Shown piece after piece: positions 35,486 through 36,734 of a stretch of DNA of 36,734 bases (the first letter of the stretch is position 1; every line of letters starts with the position of its first letter). This DNA comes from an uncultured Verrucomicrobiales bacterium (GTDB lineage Bacteria > Verrucomicrobiota > Verrucomicrobiia > Verrucomicrobiales > DEV007), in the NCBI GenBank assembly GCA_938091905.1, contig CALKOM010000153.1, positions 1 through 36,734 on the forward strand, given 5' to 3'. The position numbers and the translations under genes were made by a program. Below the pieces are notes generated by a model. It was given only the letters and a program-made list of their open reading frames with translations. It ran no database searches and was not told the origin of the DNA.

Positions 35486-36661
35486 CTAGCGATTTCGCCA
35501 ATCGTCGCGGATCTGCGTGAACTGCTGTTTGAGCGAGAGACCGCAGAGTTCCATCATGACGAAACTGATGGCCAAGCTGAGGAAGACTTTTACTGGCGTG
35601 GAGCCCCAGAAAGCGAGAAGGCAGAACCAGAAGAGGGCGTAGATGCTACCGAGGGCGAGGAGCCGAACCCAGCGCGGCCACTGGTGAATGTGGAGTGGGC
35701 CGGGGTGGCCATTGACCTTCATGCGTTCGCGAAGTTCGCTCACGGTCAGAAATTCATAGGCCTTGGCGAGTGGCCAGACCCCGATGGCCCAGAATGCGAG
35801 ACCGATGATTAGGGGAAGAAGGAGCAGTCCCGAAATGGCGATTAACGACACATAGCCCCACTGGTTTTGAGCAGCCTTTCGTTGAAACGTTTTGAAGGCG
35901 AAGGTGATCTGGTGGGGGAAATAGAGCCATTTGAGAAAGGGATCTAGGCGTCGCAAGGCGCGGGCAAGCAGTGATCGGGTCGTTTGGCTGGTGGGATCTA
36001 ATGAAGCAGCAGTGCTAAGATGTTGGGCTGCCTTCTCATGATCACCCATTTCACTGAGATAGAAGAGGCCCGTGTTGTGCTGCACGGCATGAGACTCAGG
36101 ATCGATGCTGAGAATTTCTAACAAACGTGCTTCCTGAGCGTGCAGGTCAAGCTTGGTACCTCCCTCACACTCGGCCATTACGGCGGCATGCACATTGCCG
36201 ACGTTAGGATCGTCAGGCGCCATGGTGAGTGCTTTCTCCGCAGGCTCTCGAGCTCGAGCATACGCACCCTCTTGGTAGTATACCCACGCGAGGTGAGACC
36301 AGAAACCGGGTTCATAAGGAAAGAGCGCGATGGCCCGTTTGATGGTAGATTCCGCTTTGCGTGGGCGTTTCTTGGCGGACCAGTAGCGCGAGAGATGGAA
36401 GAGCGTTTCGACCTCTTCGGGGTTTTGCTGGAGGGAAATCTCCAGATGAAGCTTGGCGTTGTCATAGTCCTCCATGGCGAGGGCAGCTACGCCGGCAAGC
36501 TGGTGCAGCTCTGAGGAGTCTTGATCATGCTGGAGCAGTTCACGGCACAGTGCCAGGGCACTATCATATTTGCGCAAAGCCAACAGATGTTCGACGCCTT
36601 CGGTCGAGTTTCCTGCCGAACGCGAAGATGTCTGGTGCGATTGATGATCGGGCGTGTCCAT
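35486..36661 (-). CDS. TPR protein with C-terminal transmembrane helices
   Basis: N-terminal TPR motifs (AIALFPYEPGFWSHLAWVYYQEG..ARAREPAEKALTMAPDDP) and 3-4 hydrophobic segments at the C-terminus. Confidence 0.8.
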   Translation of the reverse strand: MDTPDHQSHQTSSRSAGNSTEGVEHLLALRKYDSALALCRELLQHDQDSSELHQLAGVAALAMEDYDNAKLHLEISLQQNPEEVETLFHLSRYWSAKKRPRKAESTIKRAIALFPYEPGFWSHLAWVYYQEGAYARAREPAEKALTMAPDDPNVGNVHAAVMAECEGGTKLDLHAQEARLLEILSIDPESHAVQHNTGLFYLSEMGDHEKAAQHLSTAASLDPTSQTTRSLLARALRRLDPFLKWLYFPHQITFAFKTFQRKAAQNQWGYVSLIAISGLLLLPLIIGLAFWAIGVWPLAKAYEFLTVSELRERMKVNGHPGPLHIHQWPRWVRLLALGSIYALFWFCLLAFWGSTPVKVFLSLAISFVMMELCGLSLKQQFTQIRDDWRNR

Positions 36662-36734
36662 GCCGTCCGTTCATGTTGAATCTAACAGGAGCTGATTCAA
36701 GGACAGAGAGCCCGGGATTTTAGTGGAACAACTT

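Overview
Bacterial chromosomal window, most likely Verrucomicrobiota (PVC superphylum). This is inferred from two PVC-type CxxCH heme/dehydrogenase proteins, a PQQ-like propeller, SHD1-like and DUF1802 proteins and a large PA14/lectin exoprotein. The main accessory feature is a ~7.7 kb integrative element (1391-9161) in tRNA-Leu(CAG), bounded by a 60-bp direct repeat (58/60 identical). The displaced copy of that repeat reads anticodon TAG instead of CAG. The element encodes a tyrosine integrase, a putative HTH regulator, an Xis/AlpA-like protein and an HUH rolling-circle Rep. Its cargo is unusual: three diverged HNH-nuclease 3' remnants delimit two cassettes in which a shared signal-peptide module is fused to different alpha-solenoids (Sel1 vs 42-aa TPR). 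The tRNA-proximal end carries two extra tRNA 3' fragments (Arg-TCT and Cys-like), each preceded by a short tandem repeat, which look like stacked att sites. The backbone holds a large exoprotein, korAB, phoX, a TPR protein, rpe, efp, mnmG with two parS-like palindromes, a methyltransferase/FAD-oxidoreductase/type III PKS/DUF3592 operon, and several pseudogenes (speD, a YpfJ-like peptidase, a TPR gene, a PVC hypothetical). All family calls come from motif recognition by eye; no database search was run.
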